Positions 9,044 to 17,950 of a DNA stretch of 64,000 nt are shown one piece after another. The notes under the pieces are model-generated. The model saw only the letters and a list, made by a program, of their open reading frames with translations. It ran no database searches and was not told where the DNA came from. The DNA is from an uncultured Gemmatimonadales bacterium (GTDB lineage Bacteria > Gemmatimonadota > Gemmatimonadetes > Gemmatimonadales > GWC2-71-9), in the NCBI GenBank assembly GCA_963773095.1, contig CAVYZY010000002.1, forward strand, positions 341,883-405,882, written 5' to 3'. The first letter of the stretch is position 1. The number at the start of each line of letters is the position of its first letter. The translations under genes and the position numbers were made by a program.

Positions 9044-9460
9044 GATCGGGAGTTCCCGGGGTGCAAGATACCTGGCAGGGACGTCAGCCACGCCGTCCTC
9101 AAGCAGCCTCGCAGACTCGCGCCACCCGCAGCGACCTCGCGGGACTCTCGGTACCGTAGTCTTCGTCGATTCCGGCCAATTCCACTGGTTCCTGCCCGCC
9201 ATACTGTCGTAATGCTGCCGCGTCGATGTCACTGCCGTGTGGATCAGGTGTGAGAAGGGAACGACATCTCCACACGGCCCTGGGGTTATCCTCACAGCGA
9301 GTTAACATAATACATCTTATACGACGTCAATTTCCACAGAGGGGCGACAAGGGGCTCGGCCTCAGATTCCAGTTAAGAACCCAGTTGAGGTTATGCGCAT
9401 CAACTATCTATAAACAAATTACTTGAGTTGACACAATTCTCCGCACGAGCGCAGGCGTGA

Positions 9461-9493
9461 GAAAAGGGCCAGAACGCTTGATGCGTCTGGCCC
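9461..9493 (-). terminator. Rho-independent terminator downstream of the TPR gene
   Basis: Minus strand reads GGGCCAGACGC-ATCAA-GCGTTCTGGCCC followed by TTTTCTC. Confidence 0.7.
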
Positions 9494-9559
9494 TGCTCCA
9501 TACCCATGCCTTTCAGATGCCGATACGGTAGACCGCAGCCCAGCCGCCCGGCAGTAGCC

Positions 9560-10240
9560 TTACTTGGCGCCGTTCGTCATCTCGGCCAGGCGAACCTCGG
9601 CCTCGTTGAGAGCCGGAGTCTTGGGATAAGTGTCGATGACCTTCTGGTAGGCCTTGATGGCCAGGTCGGGCTTGCCACCGTCGCGGTAGGCCCGGCCAGC
9701 CTGGAGGATGTAGTCGGCCTTCAGGTAGTCGACCTGTGCCCCCGCCGACGCCTGTTCGTAGGCCGCAGCGGCCTCAAGGGGCTTCTTCGTGTTCTCGAGC
9801 GCGACCCCGAGGAGCCCGTAGGCCGGCACCCGGAATTCCAGGGGCGGGTTCTTGGCGATGAACTCCCGGAGGCCGACAACCGCCAGCTCCGTCTGCCCAT
9901 TCACCATGCGGACCTGGTTGAGGACCAGCATCGCCTCGACGGCAGAACGGGTGCCGGCGTAGGTCTGCGTGACCTTCTGGAGCTCGCTCGCGGCCAGCGG
10001 CAGGTTGCCCTGCTCGGCGGCCATACGCGCCTGCTGCACCGCCCGGGAGGCGAACGCCTCCTTGCGGGCCGCGGTAGTGTTCCAGAACCAGGCCCCCGCG
10101 ACAACGACGATGAGGGCGCTGACGAGGGCGAGCACCAGATTTCGGCGCGCCGGGATTTCCCACCAAGTGCTCCCGCTGGCCGACAGGCTCCGGGCTGGCG
10201 CGGTGACGGTCTGGGCGGGCTTGGTCGGTGGTGCGTGCAT
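9560..10240 (-). CDS. Membrane-anchored TPR-like protein (YfgM/UPF0070-like)
   Basis: N-terminal TM helix (LVLALVSALIVVVAGAWFW) followed by TPR-like helical repeats. ATG at 10240 preferred over the ORF start at 10342. Confidence 0.55.
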   Translation of the reverse strand: MHAPPTKPAQTVTAPARSLSASGSTWWEIPARRNLVLALVSALIVVVAGAWFWNTTAARKEAFASRAVQQARMAAEQGNLPLAASELQKVTQTYAGTRSAVEAMLVLNQVRMVNGQTELAVVGLREFIAKNPPLEFRVPAYGLLGVALENTKKPLEAAAAYEQASAGAQVDYLKADYILQAGRAYRDGGKPDLAIKAYQKVIDTYPKTPALNEAEVRLAEMTNGAK

Positions 10241-10532
10241 CGTTGTCGTCGCCACGGGTTGCCGAAGGTCAGTGGTCAGGGTGCCTGCCGCCCGGAAAAG
10301 GTTCCGGGTCCGGGAACAACAGCCTTTAAAATTAGCTGGCACAGACGCTTGCGGTCAACGCACGCTTTTATCGAGCCCGGTGCGCGCCATCCATCGAAGG
10401 GCCGGCTCCGGGTCTAATCCCGACAGTCGATGGTGGCCGGGACGAGATTGACTAGCGTTCGTGCTGCGATGCCGGTGACCGAAGCCTGAGGCCGGGATCA
10501 TCAAGGAGGGCCGCAAAGTCGTAGCGAATCAG

Positions 10533-10606
10533 TGCCCCCGAGAGGAATCGAACCTCCGGCCAACAGTTTAGGAAACTGCTGCTCTATCCAACTGAGCTAC
10601 GGGGGC
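10533..10606 (-). tRNA. tRNA-Arg (anticodon CCT)
   Basis: Reverse complement GCCCCCGTAGCTCAGTTGGATAGAGCAGCAGTTTCCTAAACTGTTGGCCGGAGGTTCGATTCCTCTCGGGGGCA folds as a cloverleaf with anticodon loop TTCCTAA. No encoded CCA. Confidence 0.9.
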
Positions 10607-10714
10607 GTACGACCGTAAAATGTACACCATGCGGGCCCGCCTATGGAGCCGGCCACCCTCAGGTGCTGACCCGCGCCGCGAGCGCGATTCGCGCCATGGC
10701 TGCAGTATTCGACC

Positions 10715-11815
10715 ATGGCCCGCGCACCGTACGGCACTCTTACCCTGACCCTGCTGCTCGACGTCGGCGAGCGGATCGACCTCGCCTTGGCGGAGCCGCG
10801 CGCGCGATCGTCGGGCCGGGAGGGACACCGTCCAGCGCTGCGCCGCGGCGAGGCCCGGAGCAGCATCCGGATTCCCACCCCGCCACTCATCCTCGAGTTG
10901 CCGGCCGAATCGACCGCCACGGACCTCCCCGTCGGCTGGACGGAGGCACTCCAGGTCGCCGTGTACGACTTCGGCGTGCTGAGCTGCCGCCGCATCCTGA
11001 AGTGGCCAACCGAAACGCCCTGGGCCGGGCTCGTAGGTGCCGTCGCGCAGCTGATCCACAAGGAAGAGATGCAACGATGGGGAGAACCGCTTGGCAACGC
11101 CGCGGAGTCGCTGCTCGGTGCCGCGATCCAGGAGCCGGAGCGGAGCCCCGTGCGCGAGGTCTACGCTATCCTGAGGCTCGACACGGAGCCGGAAGGCGGT
11201 TTCAGTGAATCGGACCTGCCCCGGCTACTTCTGGGGGAGAACCGCCCTCTCGCACCGGCCGCACGTGAGGGGCTCCTGGGCCGGGAGTTTCGCTACACGC
11301 TGCAGGACCGCACCATCGTGGCCTATGACGCCGCGCTCGTGGTGGAGCCCGACCCGACGGACCACGACGTCGAACTGCTGATCGAGTTCGCGAACGCGCA
11401 GCTGCTGGAGCTCGAGGTGTACGACGCCATCCTGGAGACCCGCCTGCCGCTGCTCGACGCCCGCGCCGCCGCGATGGGCGCAGGCCCCGGGGCCCTGCTG
11501 GCGCGCCGCTCGCAGCGAGTGGTGACCGAGCTGCACCAGCTGACGACCCGGACCTCGCGGCTGATCGAGCACGCCACGAACGCCCTGCGGATCACCGACG
11601 ACATCTACCTCGCCCGGATCTACCGCGCCGCGCTCGACGTGATGAACGAGCCGGCCTGGCGACAGAGCGTCGAGCGGAAGCTGATGCTGGCGCGCACCAT
11701 GGCCGAAGCGCTGAACGACCTGGCGGTGTCGGCGCGGGCGCAGGCACTCGAGCTCACCATCGTCCTGCTGATCCTGTTCGAAATCGTGCTGACGCTCGCC
11801 CAGCGCTGGCGCTAG
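10715..11815 (+). CDS. DUF155 / RMD1-YagE-like protein with a C-terminal TM helix
   Basis: C-terminal half (NEPAWRQSVERKL...LELTIVLLILFEIVLTL) resembles the DUF155 architecture. Assignment is from memory of the family pattern. Confidence 0.5.
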   Translation: MARAPYGTLTLTLLLDVGERIDLALAEPRARSSGREGHRPALRRGEARSSIRIPTPPLILELPAESTATDLPVGWTEALQVAVYDFGVLSCRRILKWPTETPWAGLVGAVAQLIHKEEMQRWGEPLGNAAESLLGAAIQEPERSPVREVYAILRLDTEPEGGFSESDLPRLLLGENRPLAPAAREGLLGREFRYTLQDRTIVAYDAALVVEPDPTDHDVELLIEFANAQLLELEVYDAILETRLPLLDARAAAMGAGPGALLARRSQRVVTELHQLTTRTSRLIEHATNALRITDDIYLARIYRAALDVMNEPAWRQSVERKLMLARTMAEALNDLAVSARAQALELTIVLLILFEIVLTLAQRWR

Positions 11816-12342
11816 ACAGAGACGAGCGAGTGGTGGCGGGCGCCGGCCAGGCGCCGGCGCCCCTCCAGCACGCCGATCTCGAGCAGGAACGTCCAGCCGA
11901 CCAGTTCGGCGCCGAGCCCGCGCACGAGCTTCCCCGCCGCCTCGGCGGTGCCACCGGTGGCGAGCACGTCGTCGGCGATGAGCACGCGGTCGCCGGGCCT
12001 GCACGCATCGCGATGGGCCTCGAGGCTGTCCTCGCCGTACTCGAGCGCGTACTTCTCGGCCACCGACTCCCATGGCAGCTTGCCGGGCTTGCGGAGCGGA
12101 ATGAACCCCGCGCCGATGCGGGTGGCGAGCGGCGCGCCCAGGATGAACCCGCGGGCCTCGATCCCGACCACGTGGGTGACGCCGGCGTCACGGAAAGGCG
12201 CCGCCATGGCGTCCACCGCATCGGCGAAGAGGCGCCCATTGTGCAGGACAGGCGTGATATCCTGGAAGATGATGCCGGGCTTGGGATGATCGGGGATGGC
12301 GCGCAGGGTGCGAAGAACCCGCTCGGCGACGTCGTTCGACAT
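11812..12342 (-). CDS. apt: Adenine phosphoribosyltransferase
   Basis: PRPP-binding motif VLIADDVLATGGTA. 176 aa, with N-terminal IFQDITPVL. Confidence 0.9.
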   Translation of the reverse strand: MSNDVAERVLRTLRAIPDHPKPGIIFQDITPVLHNGRLFADAVDAMAAPFRDAGVTHVVGIEARGFILGAPLATRIGAGFIPLRKPGKLPWESVAEKYALEYGEDSLEAHRDACRPGDRVLIADDVLATGGTAEAAGKLVRGLGAELVGWTFLLEIGVLEGRRRLAGARHHSLVSV

Positions 12343-12344
12343 GG

Positions 12345-12611
12345 TTACCGGGTGCTGAAGGTAGTGAATGATTCAGTGACCTGCGCGGGCTCGGTCACGA
12401 CACCGGTGACGTGCGCCGAGCGCGGGCCGCGGGCGAGTGCCTTTTTCAGTTCATCCAGTGCTTGCGCCTCGCCATCGGCCACCACCTCCACGCGACCATC
12501 GGCAAGATTGGCGGCGTAGCCCACGAGGCCCAGCCTCACGGCCTCCCCGCGCGCAAAGAAGCGGTACCCTACGCCCTGCACGCGGCCGCTCACGAGGTAC
12601 CGCCGGGTCAT
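12345..12611 (-). CDS. acyP: Acylphosphatase
   Basis: 88 aa with [13 protein letters not shown] and [13 protein letters not shown]-like motifs. Confidence 0.85.
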   Translation of the reverse strand: MTRRYLVSGRVQGVGYRFFARGEAVRLGLVGYAANLADGRVEVVADGEAQALDELKKALARGPRSAHVTGVVTEPAQVTESFTTFSTR

Positions 12612-13252
12612 GCGGAGGGCTGGCGGCGCTGGCGCACGAACTCGATGAAGATCGGCGCGGTGGACACGGCGATGATTGCGATCACGACGAAACTGAAGTT
12701 GTGCTTCACCGCCGGGAGGTTGCCGAAAAGGTAGCCGCCAACCACGAAGAGCCCCACCCAGAGCAGCGAACCGATGAGGCTGAACACGATGAACCGGGCA
12801 TACAGCATGTGGCCGATGCCGGCCACGAAGGGCGCGAAGGTGCGGATAATGGGGACGAAGCGTGCCATGATGACCGTATTGCCACCGTGCTTTTCATAGA
12901 ACCGCTCGGTGCGCTGGAGGTAGGCCTGCTTGATGAACCGGATATTGCCGCTGAAGGCGCGGCGGCCAATGCGCGAGCCGATGAAATAATTGACGTTGTC
13001 GCCCAGGAACGCCGCGAGCATGAACAGCGGCGCCAGGATACGCACGTCGAGCCCGCCCAGCCCGGCGATGGCGCCGGCAGCGAAGAGCAGCGAGTCGCCC
13101 GGCAGGAACGGCGTTACCACCAGCCCCGTCTCACAGAACACGATGAGAAAGAGGATGAGGTAGGTCCAGGTCCCGTATTGGGAGGTGATCTCGGTAAGGT
13201 GCTGGTCGAGATGCAGGAAAAAGTCGAGGGCCAGCTGCAGGAACTCCATCAA
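12608..13252 (-). CDS. DedA family (SNARE-associated) membrane protein
   Basis: [20 protein letters not shown] and [16 protein letters not shown] motifs. 214 aa, polytopic. Confidence 0.85.
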   Translation of the reverse strand: MMEFLQLALDFFLHLDQHLTEITSQYGTWTYLILFLIVFCETGLVVTPFLPGDSLLFAAGAIAGLGGLDVRILAPLFMLAAFLGDNVNYFIGSRIGRRAFSGNIRFIKQAYLQRTERFYEKHGGNTVIMARFVPIIRTFAPFVAGIGHMLYARFIVFSLIGSLLWVGLFVVGGYLFGNLPAVKHNFSFVVIAIIAVSTAPIFIEFVRQRRQPSA

Positions 13253-13263
13253 GTCTCCGGTTG

Positions 13264-13932
13264 CTAGCTGCGGAAGCCGTGTTCGCCGATGAGCGGCACG
13301 AAGCGCACTTCGTCGAGTGTGGTGGTCTCGTAGTTGCCCTGGTCACGCCGCGTCATCAGGTGAAGCACCTGCTTCTCGCGGTCGCCGATGGGAATCACCA
13401 GCCGTCCGCCCACGGCGAGCTGTTCGAGCAGCGGGCGCGGAGCCTCAGGCGACGCGGCGGCTACCAGGATCGCGTCATACGGCGCGTACGGACGCCAGCC
13501 GAGCGTTCCGTCGCCGCCCATGATGGTGACGTTCTTGATGCCGAGCTCCAGCATGATTTTCCGGGCCTCGCGGGTCAGCTCGGGCACACGCTCGACGCTG
13601 AAGACGCGGTCGGCCAGCACCGCGAGCAACGCCGTCTGGTATCCCGACCCGGTGCCGACCTCCAGCACTTTCTCCTTCCCGGTGAGCCCCAGCACCTCGA
13701 TGTAGCGCGCCTGCACCCACGGCTGCGAGATGGTCTGCCCGCCGCCGATCGGGAGCGCGGCATCCTCATAGGCGCGGTGCTTGACGCCCTCGGGCACGAA
13801 GCGGTGCCGCGGCACGAGGCTGACGGCGCGAAGGACACCGAGATCGTGAATGCCCTTGGCTTGCAGCGTCTCCACGAGGCGCGTGCGATAGCCCTGGTAG
13901 CTGTCACCGGCACTCAACCCTCCAGCGACCAT
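13264..13932 (-). CDS. pcm: Protein-L-isoaspartate O-methyltransferase
   Basis: PRHRFVPE, ISQPW and EVGTGSGYQTALLA motifs. Internal ATG at 13932 chosen. Overlaps the surE end, the classical surE-pcm pair. Confidence 0.85.
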   Translation of the reverse strand: MVAGGLSAGDSYQGYRTRLVETLQAKGIHDLGVLRAVSLVPRHRFVPEGVKHRAYEDAALPIGGGQTISQPWVQARYIEVLGLTGKEKVLEVGTGSGYQTALLAVLADRVFSVERVPELTREARKIMLELGIKNVTIMGGDGTLGWRPYAPYDAILVAAASPEAPRPLLEQLAVGGRLVIPIGDREKQVLHLMTRRDQGNYETTTLDEVRFVPLIGEHGFRS

Positions 13933-14663
13933 CCCCTCACCGTTTCGAGAAGGCCGTAGTTCGTGAGGTCCATCTGCAGCGGCGTGACGGAGATGTACCC
14001 CTCGTGGATCGCGGCGTGATCCGAGGTGATGCCACCGGTCCAGGTGATGCTGCCGCCGCCGATCCAGAAGATCTCCCTGCCCCACGGGTCCTTCATCCGC
14101 GAGAGCGACTCCGAGAAATAGCGGCTGCCGAGGCTCGTGACCTTGAGGCCCTTCGCCTCGCCAGACGGCACCGGCGGCAGGTTCACGTTGAGCAGGGTGT
14201 TCGCCGGAAACACCGCGAGCGTGGTGACGTGCCGCACCAGCCGGGCAATCTCGTCGCGATAAGTGTCCATCGTGTCGGGGCTGTGCCCCGCGAACGACAG
14301 CGCCACGCCAGGCACGCCGAGCATCACCGCCTCCATGGCCGCGGAGACGGTGCCCGAATACAGCACGTCCTCACCCATGTTGGGGCCGTGGTTGATGCCG
14401 GAGAAGACGAAGTCGGGGCGCTCGGGCATGAGCGCCTGGAGCGCCAGCATCACGCAGTCGGTGGGCGTGCCATCGACCTGCCAGGCGCCGTCGGAGCGGC
14501 GCTGGGGCCGGAGGGGTCGATGCAGGGTCAGGGAGTGGCTGGTGCCGCTCTGCTCCCGGTCGGGGGCCACGACGGTGACATGGCCGAAACCCCGGCACGC
14601 ATCGGCGAGGAGGGCCAGGCCAGGAGCAAGAATGCCATCGTCGTTCGTGACGAGGATGTTCAC
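13914..14663 (-). CDS. surE: 5'/3'-nucleotidase SurE
   Basis: MNILVTNDDGILAPGL N-terminus and SGINHGPNMGEDVLYSGTV. Confidence 0.9.
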   Translation of the reverse strand: MNILVTNDDGILAPGLALLADACRGFGHVTVVAPDREQSGTSHSLTLHRPLRPQRRSDGAWQVDGTPTDCVMLALQALMPERPDFVFSGINHGPNMGEDVLYSGTVSAAMEAVMLGVPGVALSFAGHSPDTMDTYRDEIARLVRHVTTLAVFPANTLLNVNLPPVPSGEAKGLKVTSLGSRYFSESLSRMKDPWGREIFWIGGGSITWTGGITSDHAAIHEGYISVTPLQMDLTNYGLLETVRGWSLEG

Positions 14664-15037
14664 TGGCCGGCAGCCACCTTCCGCCCGTCGATGAGCGCGA
14701 GGAGCTCGTCGAGGCAGGTGCGCAGGTCGCGCACCGTTTCGAGCTCGAGCGCGCGGCGTGACTCGGCCCGGAGCGCGCCGGAGCGGCGGTACTGCTCCAC
14801 CCGGTGGCGGGCGCCCTCGATGGTGTACTTGTCGGTGTAGAGCAGGTGCTTCACCAGGAGGATCAGCTCGATCTCGCGCGCCTTGTAGACGCGATTGCCC
14901 GAGCGATTCTTGGCCGGATTGAGGAAGCGGAACTGGCTTTCCCAGTACCGGAGCACATGCGGCTTGAGGTCGGTGAGGGTGCAGACCTCACCGATGGAGA
15001 AGAACTCCTGGGTCGTGCCAATGGTCGTTACCGCCAT
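14660..15037 (-). CDS. MerR family transcriptional regulator
   Basis: HTH region FSIGEVCTLTDLKPHVLRYWESQF...NRVYKAREIELILLVKHLL. Confidence 0.8.
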   Translation of the reverse strand: MAVTTIGTTQEFFSIGEVCTLTDLKPHVLRYWESQFRFLNPAKNRSGNRVYKAREIELILLVKHLLYTDKYTIEGARHRVEQYRRSGALRAESRRALELETVRDLRTCLDELLALIDGRKVAAGQ

Positions 15038-16023
15038 TGTTCCGCCTTGAGCGTGCGCTCCATCAGGTTGCGGGTGGCCTCGGCCGGCGACTGTCCCTGA
15101 AAGAGGATCGCGGCCACTTCAGTGGAGATCGGCAACTCGACCCCCAGCCGCTCGCCCAGTGCCGCGGCGGCCCGGGCCGCGTTGGCACCCTCGGCGACGG
15201 TGCGATGCCGCGCCCGGTAGGCCTCGTAGCTCTCACCCTTCGCGAGCGCGATGCCGAGCTGGCGGTTGCGGCTCAGGTCGCCGGTGGCGGTGAGGATCAG
15301 GTCGCCCATGCCGGCGAGTCCCGCGAAGGTAAGCGGGTCGGCTCCATGCGCCACGCCCAGCCGGGTGATCTCGGCGAGGCCGCGGGTGAGGAGCGCCGCG
15401 CGCGCATTGTTGCCAAGATCGAGCCCGTCGAGTACGCCCGCCGCGATGGCGATCACGTTCTTGAGCGCGCCGCCGAGCTCGACCCCCACCACATCGGCAT
15501 TGGAGTAAACGCGGAAACGCGGCGTGGCGAAGGCGCCCTGCACCACCTCGGCGACCGCGGGATCGACGGAGCTCGCCACGACCGCGGTCGGGCGCCGCTC
15601 ATACACCTCGCGCGCGAAGCTCGGCCCCGAGAGCACGGCGAGGCGGGCCTGCGGGAGCTCGGCGGCGATCACGTCGGACATGAGCGCCAGGGTCTCGGTC
15701 TCGAGGCCCTTGGTGGCGCTCACGATGATGGTACCCATCGGCACCGCATCGCGCACGCGACGGAGCACGGAGCGCAGGACGTGGCTTGGCGCCACCGAGA
15801 CGACAAGTTCCGCACCTTGCACCGCCTCTGTCGCGTCGCCGACGGCGCGAAGCGAGGGCGCGAGCGGGGAGTCCGGCAGGAACACGGGGTTGAGATGGGA
15901 CGTGTTGATGGCCTCGACCACATCGGGCTCGTAGGCCCAGAGGCAGACGTCCTCACCCTTCCGCGCCAGCAAGTCGGCCAGCGTCGTGCCCCAGCTCCCG
16001 GCGCCCAGGACGGCGATGCGCAT
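15028..16023 (-). CDS. gpsA: NAD(P)H-dependent glycerol-3-phosphate dehydrogenase
   Basis: MRIAVLGAGSWGTTLA start at ATG 16023, overlapping the plsY stop as ATGA. Also GALKNVIAIAAG. The 528-aa ORF extension is out-of-frame plsY sequence. Confidence 0.9.
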   Translation of the reverse strand: MRIAVLGAGSWGTTLADLLARKGEDVCLWAYEPDVVEAINTSHLNPVFLPDSPLAPSLRAVGDATEAVQGAELVVSVAPSHVLRSVLRRVRDAVPMGTIIVSATKGLETETLALMSDVIAAELPQARLAVLSGPSFAREVYERRPTAVVASSVDPAVAEVVQGAFATPRFRVYSNADVVGVELGGALKNVIAIAAGVLDGLDLGNNARAALLTRGLAEITRLGVAHGADPLTFAGLAGMGDLILTATGDLSRNRQLGIALAKGESYEAYRARHRTVAEGANAARAAAALGERLGVELPISTEVAAILFQGQSPAEATRNLMERTLKAEQWR

Positions 16024-16634
16024 CAGGTCGTCTCCGCGCGCCGGCCGAAGCGATTCTCGGTACCCGAGAGCAGGCGCCGGATGTTGGCGCGATGGAGCCA
16101 GATGATCGCCGCGGCCACCAGCGCATCGATCCAGACCACTTCCCTGCGTCCGGGATACATGAAGTAGACCGCGAACGGCAAGCCGGCTGCGCCCACGATG
16201 CTGCCGAGCGATACGTAGCCGGTGAGCCAGACAATGAGGATCCAGGTCGCCGCCACCACACCCACCGCCGCCGGCGTGAGGCCGAGCATGACGCCGGTGG
16301 CGGTGGCGACACCCTTGCCGCCCTTGAAGCCGGCGAACACCGAGTAGACGTGACCCACGATGGCGGCGATGCCGATGAGCAGCGCCGTGACGAGCGACGG
16401 CGACACGCGGGGCGCGAAGAAGAGGACCGGAATCGTGCCCTTGAGGATGTCGAGGATCGCCACGGGAACGGCGTACTTCCAGCCGAGCACCCGGTAGACG
16501 TTGGTGGCGCCGAGATTCCGGCTGCCGTGCTCGCGCAGGTCGATCTTCCGGAACAGCTTCCCGACAATGAGGCTGGTGGGGATCGCCCCCACCAGGTACG
16601 AGAGCAGGAACCACGGCAGCGCGCCGATGGTCAC
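16023..16634 (-). CDS. plsY: Glycerol-3-phosphate acyltransferase PlsY
   Basis: GAIPTSLIVGKL...HGSRNLGATNVYRVLG...FKGGKGVAT. GTG start overlaps the der stop (GTGA). Confidence 0.9.
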   Translation of the reverse strand: MTIGALPWFLLSYLVGAIPTSLIVGKLFRKIDLREHGSRNLGATNVYRVLGWKYAVPVAILDILKGTIPVLFFAPRVSPSLVTALLIGIAAIVGHVYSVFAGFKGGKGVATATGVMLGLTPAAVGVVAATWILIVWLTGYVSLGSIVGAAGLPFAVYFMYPGRREVVWIDALVAAAIIWLHRANIRRLLSGTENRFGRRAETT

Positions 16635-17950
16635 TTGCGTGAACCCCGGCTGGTGAACTTGAGCCTGAGGGGCGAGCCCTTGAACGACCAGGCGGCGCGG
16701 AACCCGTTGATCAGGTAGCGCTGGTAGCTCTCGTGAATGTCGAGCGGCCGGTTCGACACAATGGCGAACTCGGGTGGGGCGGTGCCGATCTGCGAGATAT
16801 AGAGCAGCTTCACTTCCTCGCCGGCCTTCTGCGGGGGTGAATTCCGGTCCAGCAGCTCCCCGAGCACCTTGTTCGCTTCGGCGGTCGGGATGCGCTTCTC
16901 CCGCTCTTCCGCCACCCCGATGATGAGGTCGAGCAGCTTGCGCACGCGCTGTCCGGTCAGCGCCGAGACATAGAGGAACGGCACCCACTCGAGGAACGGC
17001 GCCTTCTCGATGAGCAGCTTCTCGCCGCGCGCGGCGGTGTTGGTGTCCTTCTCGTCGACCAGGTCCCACTTGTTCACCAGGATGATGAGCCCGCACCCCT
17101 GCTCCCACGCCTGGGTCGCGATGCGCAGGTCCTGGTTGTGCAGCCCCAGCTTCGCATCGACGACGAGCACGCAGACACTGGCGCGCTCGATGGCGCGCTG
17201 GGTGCGAAGCGTGGAGTAGAACTCCAGGTCCTCATCCACCTTGGCGCGGCGGCGGAGGCCGGCAGTGTCGATGAAAGTGAAGTGCCTGTCGCCCAGCTCG
17301 AGGTGGGAGTCGATGGCATCGCGGGTGGTGCCTGCCTCGGGCGCCACCACGTGCCGCTCCTCGCCGAGGAGCCGGTTGATGATGGAGGACTTGCCGGCAT
17401 TCGGCCGGCCAACCACGGCGACCTTGATCGAGTCGGGCGATTCTTCCTGGCCCGCGGGCAACGACTCGACCAGCTTGTCGAGCAGGTCGCCACTTCCCTT
17501 GCCCACACCCGCCGACGTGCCGATCGGATCGCCGAGGCCGAGGCTGTAGAAATCGTACTGGGCAGTGGCGCGCTCGAGGTCATCGAGCTTGTTCACCACC
17601 ACCAGCACCGGGCGCTTCGACTTGCGGAGCCGTTCGGCGATGGCGCCGTCGATCGGGTGCAGGCCGGCCTTGCCGTCCACCACAAAGAGGATGAGGTCGG
17701 CTTCGTCCACTGCGGTCTCGACCTGCTGGCGGATCGCCTGGTCCATCGGCGCGTGGGAGTCGGGTACGAGGCCACCGGTGTCCACGAGCCAGAACTTCCG
17801 GCCGTTCCACTCGCCCTCGCCGAAATGGCGGTCGCGGGTGGTGCCGGCCTCAGCCGACACGATGGCCTTCCGGCCACCCTGGATGCGGTTGAAGAGCGTG
17901 GACTTCCCCACGTTGGGACGGCCGACAATGGCCACAGTGGGCTGGCTCAC
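16631..17950 (-). CDS. der: Ribosome biogenesis GTPase Der (EngA)
   Basis: Two G domains (GRPNVGKST, GRPNAGKSS) plus a KH-like C-terminus. GTG start at 17950 overlaps the upstream stop. Confidence 0.9.
   Translation of the reverse strand: MSQPTVAIVGRPNVGKSTLFNRIQGGRKAIVSAEAGTTRDRHFGEGEWNGRKFWLVDTGGLVPDSHAPMDQAIRQQVETAVDEADLILFVVDGKAGLHPIDGAIAERLRKSKRPVLVVVNKLDDLERATAQYDFYSLGLGDPIGTSAGVGKGSGDLLDKLVESLPAGQEESPDSIKVAVVGRPNAGKSSIINRLLGEERHVVAPEAGTTRDAIDSHLELGDRHFTFIDTAGLRRRAKVDEDLEFYSTLRTQRAIERASVCVLVVDAKLGLHNQDLRIATQAWEQGCGLIILVNKWDLVDEKDTNTAARGEKLLIEKAPFLEWVPFLYVSALTGQRVRKLLDLIIGVAEEREKRIPTAEANKVLGELLDRNSPPQKAGEEVKLLYISQIGTAPPEFAIVSNRPLDIHESYQRYLINGFRAAWSFKGSPLRLKFTSRGSRK

Noticed and set aside
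9068-9090. A sigma-54 -24/-12-like element (TGGCAG…)
   Set aside because: No TTGC/-12 element at the required 5-nt spacing, and no downstream gene in the right orientation.
9099-9308. A 69-aa minus-strand ORF in the long intergenic region, as a real gene
   Set aside because: It has many A/T-ending codons, unlike neighbouring genes, and no recognisable motif, RBS or partner gene. It is kept only as part of the unexplained-region finding.
9340-9375. Possible tmRNA or other known structured RNA (aggggcgacaaggggctcggcctcag resembles a tmRNA 5' end)
   Set aside because: There is no tRNA-like 3' end (no GGTTCGAATCC/ACCA-type T-arm) and no tag reading frame nearby. RNase P and SRP signature sequences are also absent. 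The resemblance is too short.
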